From the human T2T-CHM13v2.0 reference genome, Homo sapiens, in the NCBI RefSeq assembly GCF_009914755.1, contig NC_060936.1: DNA of 64,000 nt. The stretch is one strand, 5' to 3'. Below the pieces are notes generated by a model. That model did no database searches and had not been told where the DNA came from. It worked only from the letters and a program-made list of their open reading frames with translations. Positions 1 to 12,966 of this stretch are shown here, piece by piece. The translations under genes and the position numbers were made by a program. The stretch's first letter is position 1. Each line of letters starts with the position of its first letter.

Positions 1-290
1 TTATGTGTAGAATCTTAAAAAGCCAAACTCTTAGAAACAGAGAGTAGAATAGTGGTTGCCAGGCCCTGGGGATGGGGAACATGGGGAGGTGTTGATCAAA
101 GAGTATAAAGTTTCATTTATAAAATGAATGAGTTCTGGGGATCTAATGTACAGCATGGGTGGAGATAGATGTGTTAATTAATGTGATTGTGGTAATCATT
201 ACATAATGTATATGCATATCAAGTCATCACATTATAAACTTTGAATAGATTCGATCTTTATTTGACGGTCAAATATTTTAATTTTTTTAG
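1..290 (+). mobile_element. Old L1 3' end (L1MA/L1MB class)
   Basis: gagagtagaatagtggttgccagg...gttctggggatctaatgtacagcatgg...tcaagtcatcacatt match L1M 3'UTR motifs. Confidence 0.75.
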
Positions 291-473
291 TGAATTTCCC
301 AGCCCTTGATCCCAATTTCACGGCAGCAGAGCTTTTTTTCTAACTCTTGGTGCCCCTAAGAGGGTTGATAGCCTAGATTGTTTCCTCCAAAAAGCACCAC
401 ACTTATATTTGTTTTGAACATTGTGAGTATTCAAACTCTGTATTAATTCAAATGGACTTATTTGCTGTTTTAG

Positions 474-529
474 GTCTGAATCGTTTGCTTACCAATGGCT
501 CCTATGAAGCTGCGTTTCCCCTGCATGAG
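474..529 (+). CDS. ANO4: Anoctamin-4 coding exon A, (G)LNRLLTNGSYEAAFPLHE
   Basis: tttag acceptor and GAG|gtattg donor; 56 nt; AAFPLH is a conserved anoctamin N-terminal-domain motif; phase fits the next exon. Confidence 0.93.
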
Positions 530-2171
530 GTATTGTGCTGTCTTTAATCTTTATCTTTCTTTCAATCGTTTGTTACTAAAGTCAGCTTCTAGAGATAGTC
601 AATAATTGAATTTGTTGACATTTGCTCAGAATGAATTTAATTTGTTCAATGGGTAATTAGGGAGGGTCTACTTCAATTGTTATATCTCTTCCTCAGCATA
701 GACTTATTTCTATATATCTTTTCATGTAATTGCGAGAATACTTAAATCAATAGTCATGCAGCATGAATTCATAGGAATGGCTTAGAGACTTTAAGTCTTA
801 AAATTAAAAAGGCATTGACAATTTGCATGAGGCACCAAATCCACAAGAAGAATGTTCTTGAAATATATAGTCTTTGCAACAAATAAATGTATAGCTATTG
901 CTTAAAAGAGTGGGAGGAAGCCATCTTGAAAAGTCTCTGGTAACCAACGGGTGACAAATAAAAATTAATAATGTTGTACTCATCATTGTTCACCTAAGAT
1001 GTATAAATACTGTGACTCTATTTCCTACATAGTCTCCATCATATAAATTACTTTCGCAAGTGTAACTGATTACCCCAGCTCTACTTTCCACAGAATTATT
1101 TAATCCAGAATTCCCCTACACCTGGGTTTTTAGGAACATAATCCCTCATGATTATTGAGAAATTATTGTCATTTTCATGGTGTGGCACCCCTACTGTGGT
1201 CACTATATGGCACAGAGAATACAAAGATAAATGTCATAGCCTCTGTCCTCTGGGACCTCACAAAGTAGCCAATGTGCAGCAACTGTTAGCTGATGTTCAG
1301 TACAGCCTGTTGGAAACAATGGTAATAATTTGTCAATAGACTTTGGAAGACGGTTCCAACTCTCCGTAAATGGCAAGTCTTTCCAAAACATACTTTTTTT
1401 TGGCTTACAGTGGTACTTCTCTTAATTTTAAACACTAAGAGGGTGCAAAAGATGAGGTAGATTTTTCAGAACTTTATTTATTAAGAAAACCAGAAGCTGC
1501 CATCTGAAACTCTGTTTAGACTGCCAGGAAATGTGTTTGGAATGCTCCATTTACTATGACAGAAGCAAACATTTTGACACAAAGGTTTGCTAGAGCCATA
1601 TGCAGGTGTTTCTGAACTCTAAAGACATACTGTTCCCCAAAACATCATGTGGCTTCATCATGTCATTGTTAGTTGGCATTGCCCAGAAAAGGGTTTTGTG
1701 AGAACTGCATCCTCCCTGCTCTCAGCCCCAGCTCATGGTATGGGCTGTGTCTGATATGGTAAGTGGCAGAAGCGTCTGTGCAGGGGAGTGGGTGGGTGGG
1801 CATGGGAGTGTCTGAGGAGATGCAGCTACAAAGCCCCACAGAGTGACTCATGCCTTTCACAATGACTTTCCTATCTCAGTAAAGCCCTGTATTCTATGAG
1901 AAGTTCCAAATTGGTAATAGCAGCAGCAATCATTGCATCATTGCTTTTCTGACTTTTTACTCTCAGTTTAACTTGATTATATTATTTAACCTCAGAGGCA
2001 AAAAGGCAGAAGGTCAGATATTGCTGCTCTTGTTTCACGTTAAAGATTTAGATAGAGGTTTAGAGAAAGGTGAAACCTCCTTAAGTCACACAATGAGTTG
2101 GTGGTTGATCTGAGACTCACCTGAGTTTCTTTCTCCTAGCCCTGTGTTCTTTCCATTAAGAAAGGACTTCT

Positions 2172-2312
2172 TATCAGGTGTGGTGGCTCAGGCCTGTAAC
2201 CCCAGCACTTTGGGAGGCCAAGGTGGAAGTATTGCTTGAGTTCAGGAGTTCGAGACCAGCCTGGGCAACATATTGAGACATTGTCTCTAGCAAAAATAAA
2301 TAAATAAATAAA
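2172..2312 (+). mobile_element. Free left Alu monomer (FLAM-like)
   Basis: single Alu arm with (TAAA)n tail; 15-nt TSD taagaaagg(a/g)cttct at 2157-2171 and 2313-2327. Confidence 0.85.
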
Positions 2313-2579
2313 TAAGAAAGGGCTTCTCCACTTAATATGAATAATTAGCTTGCCTCCAGAAAGTACCGTTTCTCTTTGTGAAACTATCATTGCCACAAAC
2401 TAACCTCAGAAAAACATGCACTTCTCTGGCCCTTTGTCTCCTCACTTCTTCAATGAGGAGGTTGAATTAAATTTGAATTACAAGAATTCTGAAGTGACTT
2501 CCAGCTTTTACATTCTAGAATTTTCTTGTCGATAACATTGTGACAAGGTTACAACTATGGCTGTTTACCAACTATCCTA

Positions 2580-2964
<385 letters not shown>

Positions 2965-3333
2965 TTATTCATTCAAACCACATAAGAAACCAAATGGGAC
3001 AAATATTAGTTCCACTATGGATTAGGAAACCAAAGCTCAGAGCATTTAGGGAACTTGCCCAGGATCTTCTAGCTGAAAAGTAGCAGAATTGAATTTGAAC
3101 TCAGTTCAAACCTTCCTGATTATAGCAAGCACGTGCATTTTACTAGATATCAGCAGTAGCAAGACAATGTCCAGAATAACTCATCAAACTGCCTGCCCTT
3201 TAATAGAGAGGATTCATTTCTTTCTCATACCACTCCTATCACAACACCTGCTGTAAGACACTTACATTACCATCAGCATTTCCTTGTGACTTTTGTGAGT
3301 ACTACCTCACTGGCAGTGGTGTTTTTATCCCAG

Positions 3334-3455
3334 GGAAGTTATAGAAGTAAAAACTCCATTCGAACCCATGGAGCAGAAAACCACCGACATCTACTCTATG
3401 AGTGCTGGGCCTCCTGGGGCGTGTGGTATAAATACCAACCTTTGGATCTTGTAAG
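3334..3455 (+). CDS. ANO4: ANO4 exon [41 protein letters not shown](R)
   Basis: cccag acceptor, AG|gtgagt donor; 122 nt; anoctamin KYQPLD motif. Confidence 0.96.
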
Positions 3456-3983
3456 GTGAGTTTTTAATCAGCTGCAAATATAAAGCTTGCACAGAATGAT
3501 TAGGGCAGACTGTCAGCTGGGACAAGCTCCCAATGAAGCAAAAAGAGCCTGAAGTGTACAGCTCTCACTCATATCTGGCTTCTTCACAAGAGGAAACTCA
3601 TCTGAGGACATCAGCTGTTCTTGGTAAACCTACCATCGCTCTGATGAGGATGGAATTTCCCCCAAAAAGAGTCTTAGAGAGGGGCCCAGGAATGGGCATG
3701 TGAGATCAGCCAGGCCTGTCACAAGACTTCGTAAGAAGCGAGTCACCCATGTGAGTCTTATTGACAAACCATCTTGTACAAAGGTAACACTGCTTACATA
3801 TATTACTGACAAAGTAAAATATTTACTACTGTTAGCAAATAGGACAAATGGAGTACTGTCATTCCAATACATTTCAGGCTTAGTTTTCATTCAGAACTAA
3901 TAACCTTTAAAGATTGTTTTAATCTGCAGATCAAAAAGTATATCAGCTTTTAACCTATGATAATTGTGAAGTGGAAATGTATG

Positions 3984-4352
3984 TTTTTTTATTATTATTA
4001 TACTTTAAGTTCTGGGTTACATGTGCAGAACATGCAGTTTTGTTACATAGGTATACATGTGCCATGGTGGTTTGCTGCACCCATCAACCCGTCACCTACT
4101 TTAGGTATTTCTCCTAATGTTATCCCTCCCCTAGCCCCCCACCCCCCATAGGCCCTGGTGTGTGATGTTCCCCTCCCTGTGTCCATGTGTTCTCATTGTT
4201 CAACTCCCACTTATGAGTGAGAACATGTGGTGTTTGGTTTTCTGATCTTATGATAGTTTGCCGAGAATGATGGTTTCCAGCTTCATCCATGTCCCTGCAA
4301 AGGACATGAACTCATCCTTTTTTTGGCTGCATAGTATCCCATGGTGTATGTG
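3984..4352 (-). mobile_element. 5'-truncated L1PA 3'UTR fragment
   Basis: ttattatactttaagttctggg...catgtccctgcaaaggacatgaactcatcc is the reverse of the L1PA 3' end. Confidence 0.92.
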
Positions 4353-5712
4353 TGTGTAAATATATGTGTGTGTTTTTTTTTAACTATCTATATCTTCCCA
4401 ACCTTCTGCCTTGGCAGCATTATTCTCTGACATCTCTATTTATTTAGAGGCTGGTTATTAAGATTGGGTAATAACAACCCACATTTCCTGGATTCCTTAT
4501 TAAAGAGAAAGTCATGTCTCATTTCCTAGACTAGCTAGATGTGTTGTTTCACTTAAATACCAGGGCCATAAAATAAAATGAGCCCAGAGGGGAGGACAAA
4601 CAAAAGACAATGCACTTTATATTTGAGCCCTTATCACCAAGTGTTCCAAGGGCATTGATGAATTGTGATCCATTCCTTGTGTTGGTAACAGATAATCCAG
4701 ATAATCTTAGTGAATGGAAAATATTTTCTGAGATAAGATCATTTTCCTTTGGTCAGACTCAGTGTATGATAAACAGTGGGGGGAAAAACAAAAGTAAATT
4801 CTCTTCCCAGCCTCGGTGCCATGTTACAGGATTACATTGATTAGAAATCACAGATAATTGCTGTAGGCAGCACATTTCCCATTCATGACAGTATTTTGAT
4901 TAAGATTTTGCGGTTTTGGTTAGTCAATGCATATTAATTAACTGTCTATTGTGTATCTAGTACTGTGCTAAGTACTATTGGCAAAGCCAAACAGACGCCA
5001 AATGGTCTCTGGCTCTGAAAAACTCAGTTTTCCTCAGCAACACAGGCCCTGCATACTTGAAACATCGAGAAAAGAAAATACAAGGCCATGCATAATTAGG
5101 TAAAATGTGTGACAGAGGCCATAAGTTTTACAGTAATTCAGAAAAATGGAAAGAACGGATGTGGCAGCACCCCTGTGGAAGTCTCTGGAGAGCTGAGCCC
5201 TGAAGAACAGTGGCATTTATGTTGGGCAAATAAAGGGGGATGAAAAGCACAACCAAGCCTTGAGTAGAATGAAAGTTGTGGAGCATCTAGGGAATGTCAT
5301 CTCTTAGACAGTTCCTATCCTATAGGTTTTACTTCCACCATATCTCTCGAATCGGGCCCCACCTCAGCATCTCCACTGCCTTCACTTGTTACCTGGACTA
5401 TGACAGCTGTGTGCCTGGTTGGTCTCCCTTTGCCCACTCCGGCCCCTTCCAGTCCATTCTGTCTTCTCAGAATAAGCTTGTATACAACCATGTTATTTTA
5501 TGGAAGGGCTAATTCTAGTTCTGCTATAGAGTAGTAGTAGAAGAAATGTAAGCCCAGATCCTAGATTTGATGGGATGTTCTTTTATCTTGGCTTACCTTG
5601 CTTGCAGTTTACCTCGTAAGGCCGCTACAAAGTAAAATGACTATACGAAGTTTCATAATGCTTAACTTTACACACTGCACTGTAATTTGCAAGGCCGTTG
5701 TGTCTTTAACAG

Positions 5713-5847
5713 GCGGTACTTTGGAGAGAAGATTGGGTTATATTTTGCCTGGTTGGGCTGGTACACCGGCATGCTCTTCCCAGCTGCCTTCATTGGATTG
5801 TTTGTCTTTTTGTATGGCGTCACCACTCTGGATCACAGCCAAGTCAG
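5713..5847 (+). CDS. ANO4: ANO4 exon [45 protein letters not shown](S), first TM helix
   Basis: aacag acceptor, AG|gtacgg donor; 135 nt; [14 protein letters not shown] anoctamin signature. Confidence 0.97.
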
Positions 5848-6917
5848 GTACGGGGAGCTCTTGGATGAGTTTGCCTTTGTTTAGTACTTAGAGGTGGCTG
5901 TTTGCACTTTGGGGGTATTCACAGATTGTGGAGACATTTAGCTTTTCACTCAAACTTCCTACCCTCTCATGGAAAAACTCAAAGTTTCAGTTCACTAGGA
6001 CCTCTCCATCCATTGTCCTTGCTGCCATGGTCTTCAGATACCATGCAAGTAAAAGTTACCTTTTCAGACATACAAGCCACTATATATCCACAGAACAAGC
6101 CGCCTTCATTCACTGGCTATAAGTGCTCTCTTTTTTTACTTTTTCACTTTTTTTCTTAGCTGATACTGCAAAATAGTGAACTAACAATTCTCTCTTATGA
6201 ATTCTGTGTTTTTACAACTTGAGCCAGAAAGACATCTCACCAGCTTGCTAGTATCTTGGGAGCGGTTCAGTGTCGATGACCATTATCTTGGTTGTCTCAC
6301 CAGAATATAGGTCAAGGTACTCACAGAGATCTTGTTGCAAGGCTGGACAATGATCTTAAATTGTAAATATGCCTTTTAAATGTGATTGCAAAAATAAAAG
6401 TGAGTGATTAAGCCTTCCACCTACGAAAACATTTTACTTTCTGGTGAAATTGTTAATGTGTTAGTTAAATATAGTTTTCCCCCAGGATAGGGCTAGAATC
6501 TCTAGTCATTTATGTTTTGTTTTCCATATTAGTTTTAACTTATCATACACATAGAGATCAAGATAAGTATCTTTATATATCTTCTTACTCCCTTAATTCA
6601 GTATGAAATTGCTTCAGACCTTTGAAAAGTGAAGGACATTTCTATAATTTGGGATATAACAATCAATGTTTGGCTTCATGTATTTTCCTGAGTTTAACTT
6701 ATTAATACATAAAGATAAGGAACAGCCTCATAAGTAGGTTTACCAAATTATTTAAATGGGCAAGAACTTGTTTACATTAATAACAGATAAAGCTAAGATG
6801 CTTCTAAGGGCAAACATTTAACCTACTGGATCTTATTTACTAGTTGAACATTCTGGTGAAGTTAGAAAAAAATGTTCCATGTCATCAAAAAGCAGTCCTT
6901 TCTGTTCTCTTTTCCAG

Positions 6918-7014
6918 TAAAGAAGTCTGCCAAGCTACAGATATCATCATGTGTCCTGTGTGTGATAAATACTGTCCATTCATGAGGCTGTCAGACAGCT
7001 GTGTATATGCCAAG
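6918..7014 (+). CDS. ANO4: ANO4 exon [33 protein letters not shown], Cys-rich extracellular loop
   Basis: tttccag acceptor, AAG|gtaatt donor; 97 nt; MCPxCD motif. Confidence 0.96.
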
Positions 7015-7229
7015 GTAATTTCAAACTGTAGCATTTTAGATGAATTGAATTTAACATACACCTTCCTGAGGGATGGTGGGTAACTCTATTCTGTCATTTC
7101 CAGTCTTTGATTTTCAAGTGGATGTTGTAGGATAGACTTATCTCCATCATTCAGTATTCTAATTCCCATATCTTTGTTAATTGTCCATGTATTTGGAAGG
7201 CATGGCTCTAGACATCATCCATGGAGCTG

Positions 7230-7450
7230 CAGCATGGCACAGTGTGAGGAGCACGGTGCTGGAGTCAGAGAAAGTTAGGTCCAAATTTTGACTCTGCTGT
7301 TTACCATTTCTCTATCTGGGAATAAGATATTTAACTTCTTTGAGTCTCAGTTTTCTCATCTGCAAAATGGAGACCATGATGCTTGTTTCACACGGAGTTA
7401 AGGTGTATACTGAGCATAGTGCTTGGTAAATAGACCTCAGTAAATGACAG
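7230..7450 (+). mobile_element. MIR
   Basis: core tctcagttttctcatctgcaaaatgg. Confidence 0.7.
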
Positions 7451-10346
7451 CTATCATCATTTGCCTCCTCTTCATCATCATTATTGTCAAAATGACCTCC
7501 AATTAAGGCTAGCTCAGCCACTTACCTCTTTAGCCCTGAAATGTGCCCCCTTTCTAAGAAACTCTTTTTTCATAGAAAGAAGCTCAGTCTTCTGAGCTTT
7601 CTTGTCTCTAAAATACAGGAAATATGTGTCCTCTCTGTCCTACCCTATTGGCATGACGTGAGGACTAAAGAAGAGAATATATGTGAAAGTGCTATGAGAA
7701 AAAAAATACATGACACCACTATTTCTATTATGTGTTATTGCATACCTCTTTCTCGTGATATGCCTTACTTTATTTCTTAGACATATTCCTCACATTCCTA
7801 GAGTTTTTTGATACTTAGGTGGTGGTGTCCATAACACAAAACAATAGCTGAAGTTTGAGTTTGCGAAGACTTTTCCAAGAGCTACTGCCTTTTGGCTTGC
7901 CCAGATTCAGATATAAATGGCATTGGCAGATTTTATCCAGCTTTTGTAATCACTGAAGCCTGGATCTATCTAATTACTCTCTTGGCATTGCAGAGTTTTG
8001 TTCATTTTAAACAAGGGAACATTTGATAGGCAACCCAGGATCCCGCCTATCTATAATGTCTTTAGTACTGCAGGTGGCCGGTCTGTGTAGGAGGAGCCCA
8101 GACTGCAGCAGTGAGCAGTGGTTTTAGAAAGATTTGAGCTCTTATGTTGCAAGGGACAAAAAAAGCACAAAATGCTCTGAGCCCTATCTTTAGGAAACAC
8201 TCAGATAGACCTGAGTGGATAAGGATAAATTTAACAGAGTGACTTTAGGACATAGAGATTTGGTGAGCATCAAGAGCTTTGTCAGTAATATAATTTTGTT
8301 TAAAGGTCAGATATAAGCCTGAATGACTCAGGTTTTAAAATTCTGCTTCTGGGGAAACCCCAAAATCAGAAGCCAATTTTTTTTTTTAATGTGGAAAGAT
8401 ATGCTTGAGTAAAATTCTCTTTTTAGGAGATCCTTAATAATTCTTTTAAAGAATCGTCATGAATAGTTTATGAGTGCTCAGATTTTATAGGGGCTTATTT
8501 TGGGAGTTATTCTCCCTAACTTAAGACCTAGAACAATAATAATTATAATAGTTACAGCTATAATAATAGCTAGACAATCTACATTGATTATTTCTAATTC
8601 TCACAGCAACTTCAAGATAGGTGTTATTATTTCCATTTTATTCAGAGACTCAAAGAGGTAAAAATTACTCATGCATGGTCATGCAGCAATAAGTAGCTGG
8701 GCCTTGGTTTATTGCACTGCAAAACATGCCTTCTTTACCACTGTGCCCTGCTGAGCCACAAGATGTTTAGATTCTGAATTTAACATTTGGCCTTGCCTAG
8801 AAACTTAGTAAAATGAAAGATAAAAAGCCTTAGAATGACAGAATTGGAGTTATACAGGGTTTCCTTTAGAAATATTTATTAGAGATGTCAGAGTGATTTC
8901 ATGGGACTGTGGATACACAGAAATATTAAATCAGATTGGCGCTGGGATCTAGTCCAATCAGTGGCTGTTCTGCTGATAGGGATGCTGTATCCTTGACTCT
9001 TGTGTTTGCAAGAATCAGAAACCCAACTCCTACTGGCTTAGTCAGAAAGTGATGTAATGGTACATTTTGCCAGAACAGATACTGGGGTGGCTCACGCTGT
9101 GGGATCATGAGGGCCTCACAGCCTGGAACTGTTCCTCCAGGGACCCCGGTGGCCCTGCCCACATGATCATTCTGTAGACTAGTTCTCTGTACAATAGAAA
9201 AGATGGCTACCAGCTGCCTTGGCTCCAGGCTTACGTTTTCCTTCCCTTGTCTCCTTAAGTGGATTTTTGTGCTTATTTTAAACTCCTGGTCTGCTGCCAC
9301 ACTGTGTCTATGGGAATCTTCTTTGGAGGGGAGGGGTTGTTGTCTTCCCCATATATTTCATTATTTTGGCCTGTTGGGTACTTGTCCTCTGGAGGCGTCA
9401 GCCACTTTGAGTAAGGGTCAGAGGCCAAGGCCAAGTTTGTCAGTCCTAGTGAGTTACAGAGAGGACAGCGTGCCCCAGGCACGACTGAGTGCTACTGCTC
9501 TATCAGAGGACTTTTCTGGTCAGTTTCATTTTTAAACCTGCTTAGAACAAAGCAGAATTGGGCACTTTCCCTTGATTGTAATCTGCCAGTGCTGGGGTTT
9601 AAGAGGAGGTGGACTATGGAGTGAATGCCCCAGGGCAGCTATCCAGGTAGCACCTGCTTTTCACCCATGTCTAACAGAGCAGGACTTTGAGCATTCCCTG
9701 ATATTGCTCCAGGAATACCAGCACCTGTGGTGTGGCCTGCTTAGCTGATTTCTGAGGGAGGGGAAACTAATTGTCCAATGGCCATTTGAGGGAGAGAGGC
9801 TAGAGTAGAGCTTATGTATTTCTCTAACCTGTGCTCTCACTCTACCTGGTATCTACAACCTACCTCTCCCCACACACCACCACCATCACACACATACCAG
9901 TTCAAGATAACCTCCCATCTCCCCTGAGGTTTCTCAGGGTCTTTGTTTTTTGTTTTTGTGTTTTGTTAGTTCCTGGAATCTACTACCTTGCTTCTCCAGG
10001 ACTGATTTTGGCAGAAGGTGTCATCAGCTTAAGCTAACTGACTATCTCATTGGGAACCGGAGCCCCTATAACCTTACCCCTCCTCATTCATATATTGTCA
10101 AATTGATAACTGCAGCAGAAAGCTGTCTGTCTCCAAATGTTTGTGTATCAGCCCCAGGGCAGTATTCTGATTGGTTCTATTTTGAGCCATGTGTCCCTTG
10201 GGACCAGCAGGAGTTACCTGGAGAAAGGAGAATGGAAGACAGATGATCTGGGTAGCCAAAACAATGATAACTGCAGTCCATTCCAGAATGGACACTGATG
10301 GTGCAAGCTACACTTTCTAGCAACTCTCAGTAAATACTCTGATAGA

Positions 10347-10737
<391 letters not shown>

Positions 10738-11719
10738 TTAACATTCCCTCTGGCATATGAAATAGATTAGCTTCAGACATTTGTCTCACAGTAGGTATTT
10801 GAGTGCTGCCCATCTCTCCTCTATTCAAAGAAAGAGAAACTTCTGGAATAATCTGAAATACTTCACGTTCTGATATAACATGAAAAACCTCTTTATATTT
10901 GGTGCATTCTCGAAGGAACAATAAAGTATACTTTATAGGTAGCTATAAAGTACCCCCAAAAAAGGTTATTCTTTATGAACCTATCAGTCATCATTTCAAT
11001 TTGTCATGGACATTGGTATTATTTATACTAGAGGCAGGAATGAGCTTGGCAGTTTTGCAGTAAAAATGGATATTTTTGCTTTCTTCTGTGGTGTTTGCAA
11101 TAGAATATATTATTCTAGCAATAAAGTATTGCTAGTTGTCTTTGTGTTATGTGCAGTAGGTAAATATAGTGATTACCCAAGGCTTTAATAAGGGTAGAGT
11201 TGGATTTAGTTAATGGTTCTGCTCTTTTTTATAAGGCTGAAATCCAGAGGGCAGCCCAGAAAATGTTTGCTCAAAACTGCATAAACAAAATAGCCATGTT
11301 TTCAAAGTGAATAAATGAGGCATTAAAAACAGTGCTTGGGAAGTTGAAAACCTTTAAAGCAGCACTAACAATACCTTCCTGGTCCTAAATATAACTATAT
11401 CCATACACATATGTACGTGTATAAGAGTTTTGTTGTGCACAAAAGGGGATTCTTAGTAGCACTATTGGGGATGCTGATAAATGTTCAACTAGATGATAAC
11501 CACATAAAGAGAACAAATTGTATCCTCTATATATGAACTACCTTGCAATTAGAGGAAGCCTTTTCTTATTTATGGTTCAAAAGGAATATTCCCCCTACCC
11601 AAAACAAAGCCTGTAAAACTCATTATATAATCACAGCTATTTTTACAGAACTTGAAAAAATTTGAATTGGAATATCATATATGAGAAATTAACTCAGCAC
11701 CGATTCTTATTATTCACAG

Positions 11720-11780
11720 GTAACCCACCTTTTTGACAATGGAGCCACTGTCTTCTTTGCTGTTTTCATGGCAGTCTGGG
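11720..11780 (+). CDS. ANO4: ANO4 exon [21 protein letters not shown]
   Basis: cacag acceptor, GG|gtaagt donor; 61 nt; LFDNxxTVFF motif. Confidence 0.96.
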
Positions 11781-12907
11781 GTAAGTGTTCTATAACCATA
11801 AAACTTGAGTTTTCCTCATATGCCCTATGATATATTCCTTTAGAAGTTTCACTTTGGATGTGAAAGAAAGAAGCTTGAGTAAATGGAATTAGCTTTCCTA
11901 TTAGTAGAAAGTTGGTAAATAATTTATTGGGTTTATTTTAAACGATATTGTAGAAGAGAGACATGTCTGATTTCTCTTAAACCTTCAACAATGTCATTAG
12001 CACTCTGTTATTAGAGTAGAATTTACTTTCTGTTGGACACAGAAATAAAGCTTATGGTACAACTTTAGTTTAGGTCAGGGGAGAACTGAAACACCATCTC
12101 AGTATATATAGGACTTTCTATTGTAAGTGGCTAATGTGTGAGTACCCACCTTTAGCTTTCTTCTAGCTCTGTACAAAATTACCCCTAAAAACAAGGTCTA
12201 TTCACAGGACTGATTTGAGCTTTTTGATATAATTTCAAGCTAACAGCCCCATCACACAAGGTGTGATGGAAACAGTCAAATATTTGGAAGTAACAGGACT
12301 TGATTGAAATCTCAACTCCCTTTACACACTAGGCTGTGTGATTTTTGGCAAGTTATTTAACCTACCTCTTTGTAAAATGGGTTAATATATAATAGTCAAA
12401 TAATTATAAAGCTTCAATTTAATGATATAGAAAAACATCTCACAAATTCATGGAAAGCAGTTAATGGCAGTTACCTTTGGAAAGGAAGATTCATGGAAGA
12501 GTAAGTGAACAACGAGGAGAGACAAACTTTATGCTATATATTTTTAGTCTGGTTTGAATTTTTTACAATTATACTTTTCTCCTATAACTTTAATTGCCAA
12601 AATCTGAATTTTGATGTAACAAAATTCTACTACCTTTAGACTTAGGCTCATCTTGTTCATTATGTCTGCTATGAATATTGGAATCTTCCCCATCTTTCAG
12701 GCCCCAGCTGAAATGTCATCTGCTCCAGCCAAAAGATGTCTTTCTCCTTTGAATTTCCATGGCATTTTGTTCTTAGGGCACTTAAAATTATTTTCACAGA
12801 TAACTTGTCTTGCCTAGTAGATTTATGGTCCTTGAGGACCATTATGATTATCAGAGATCTCATATTTTTTTTTTTTTTGAGATAGATGGAATCAGTAAGT
12901 TTCTGTT

Positions 12908-12966
12908 GGATGGATGGGTGGGTCAATGGATAGATAGGTGGATGGATGGATGGATGGATGGATGGA
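12908..12966. repeat. (GGAT)n microsatellite
   Basis: direct reading. Confidence 0.9.
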
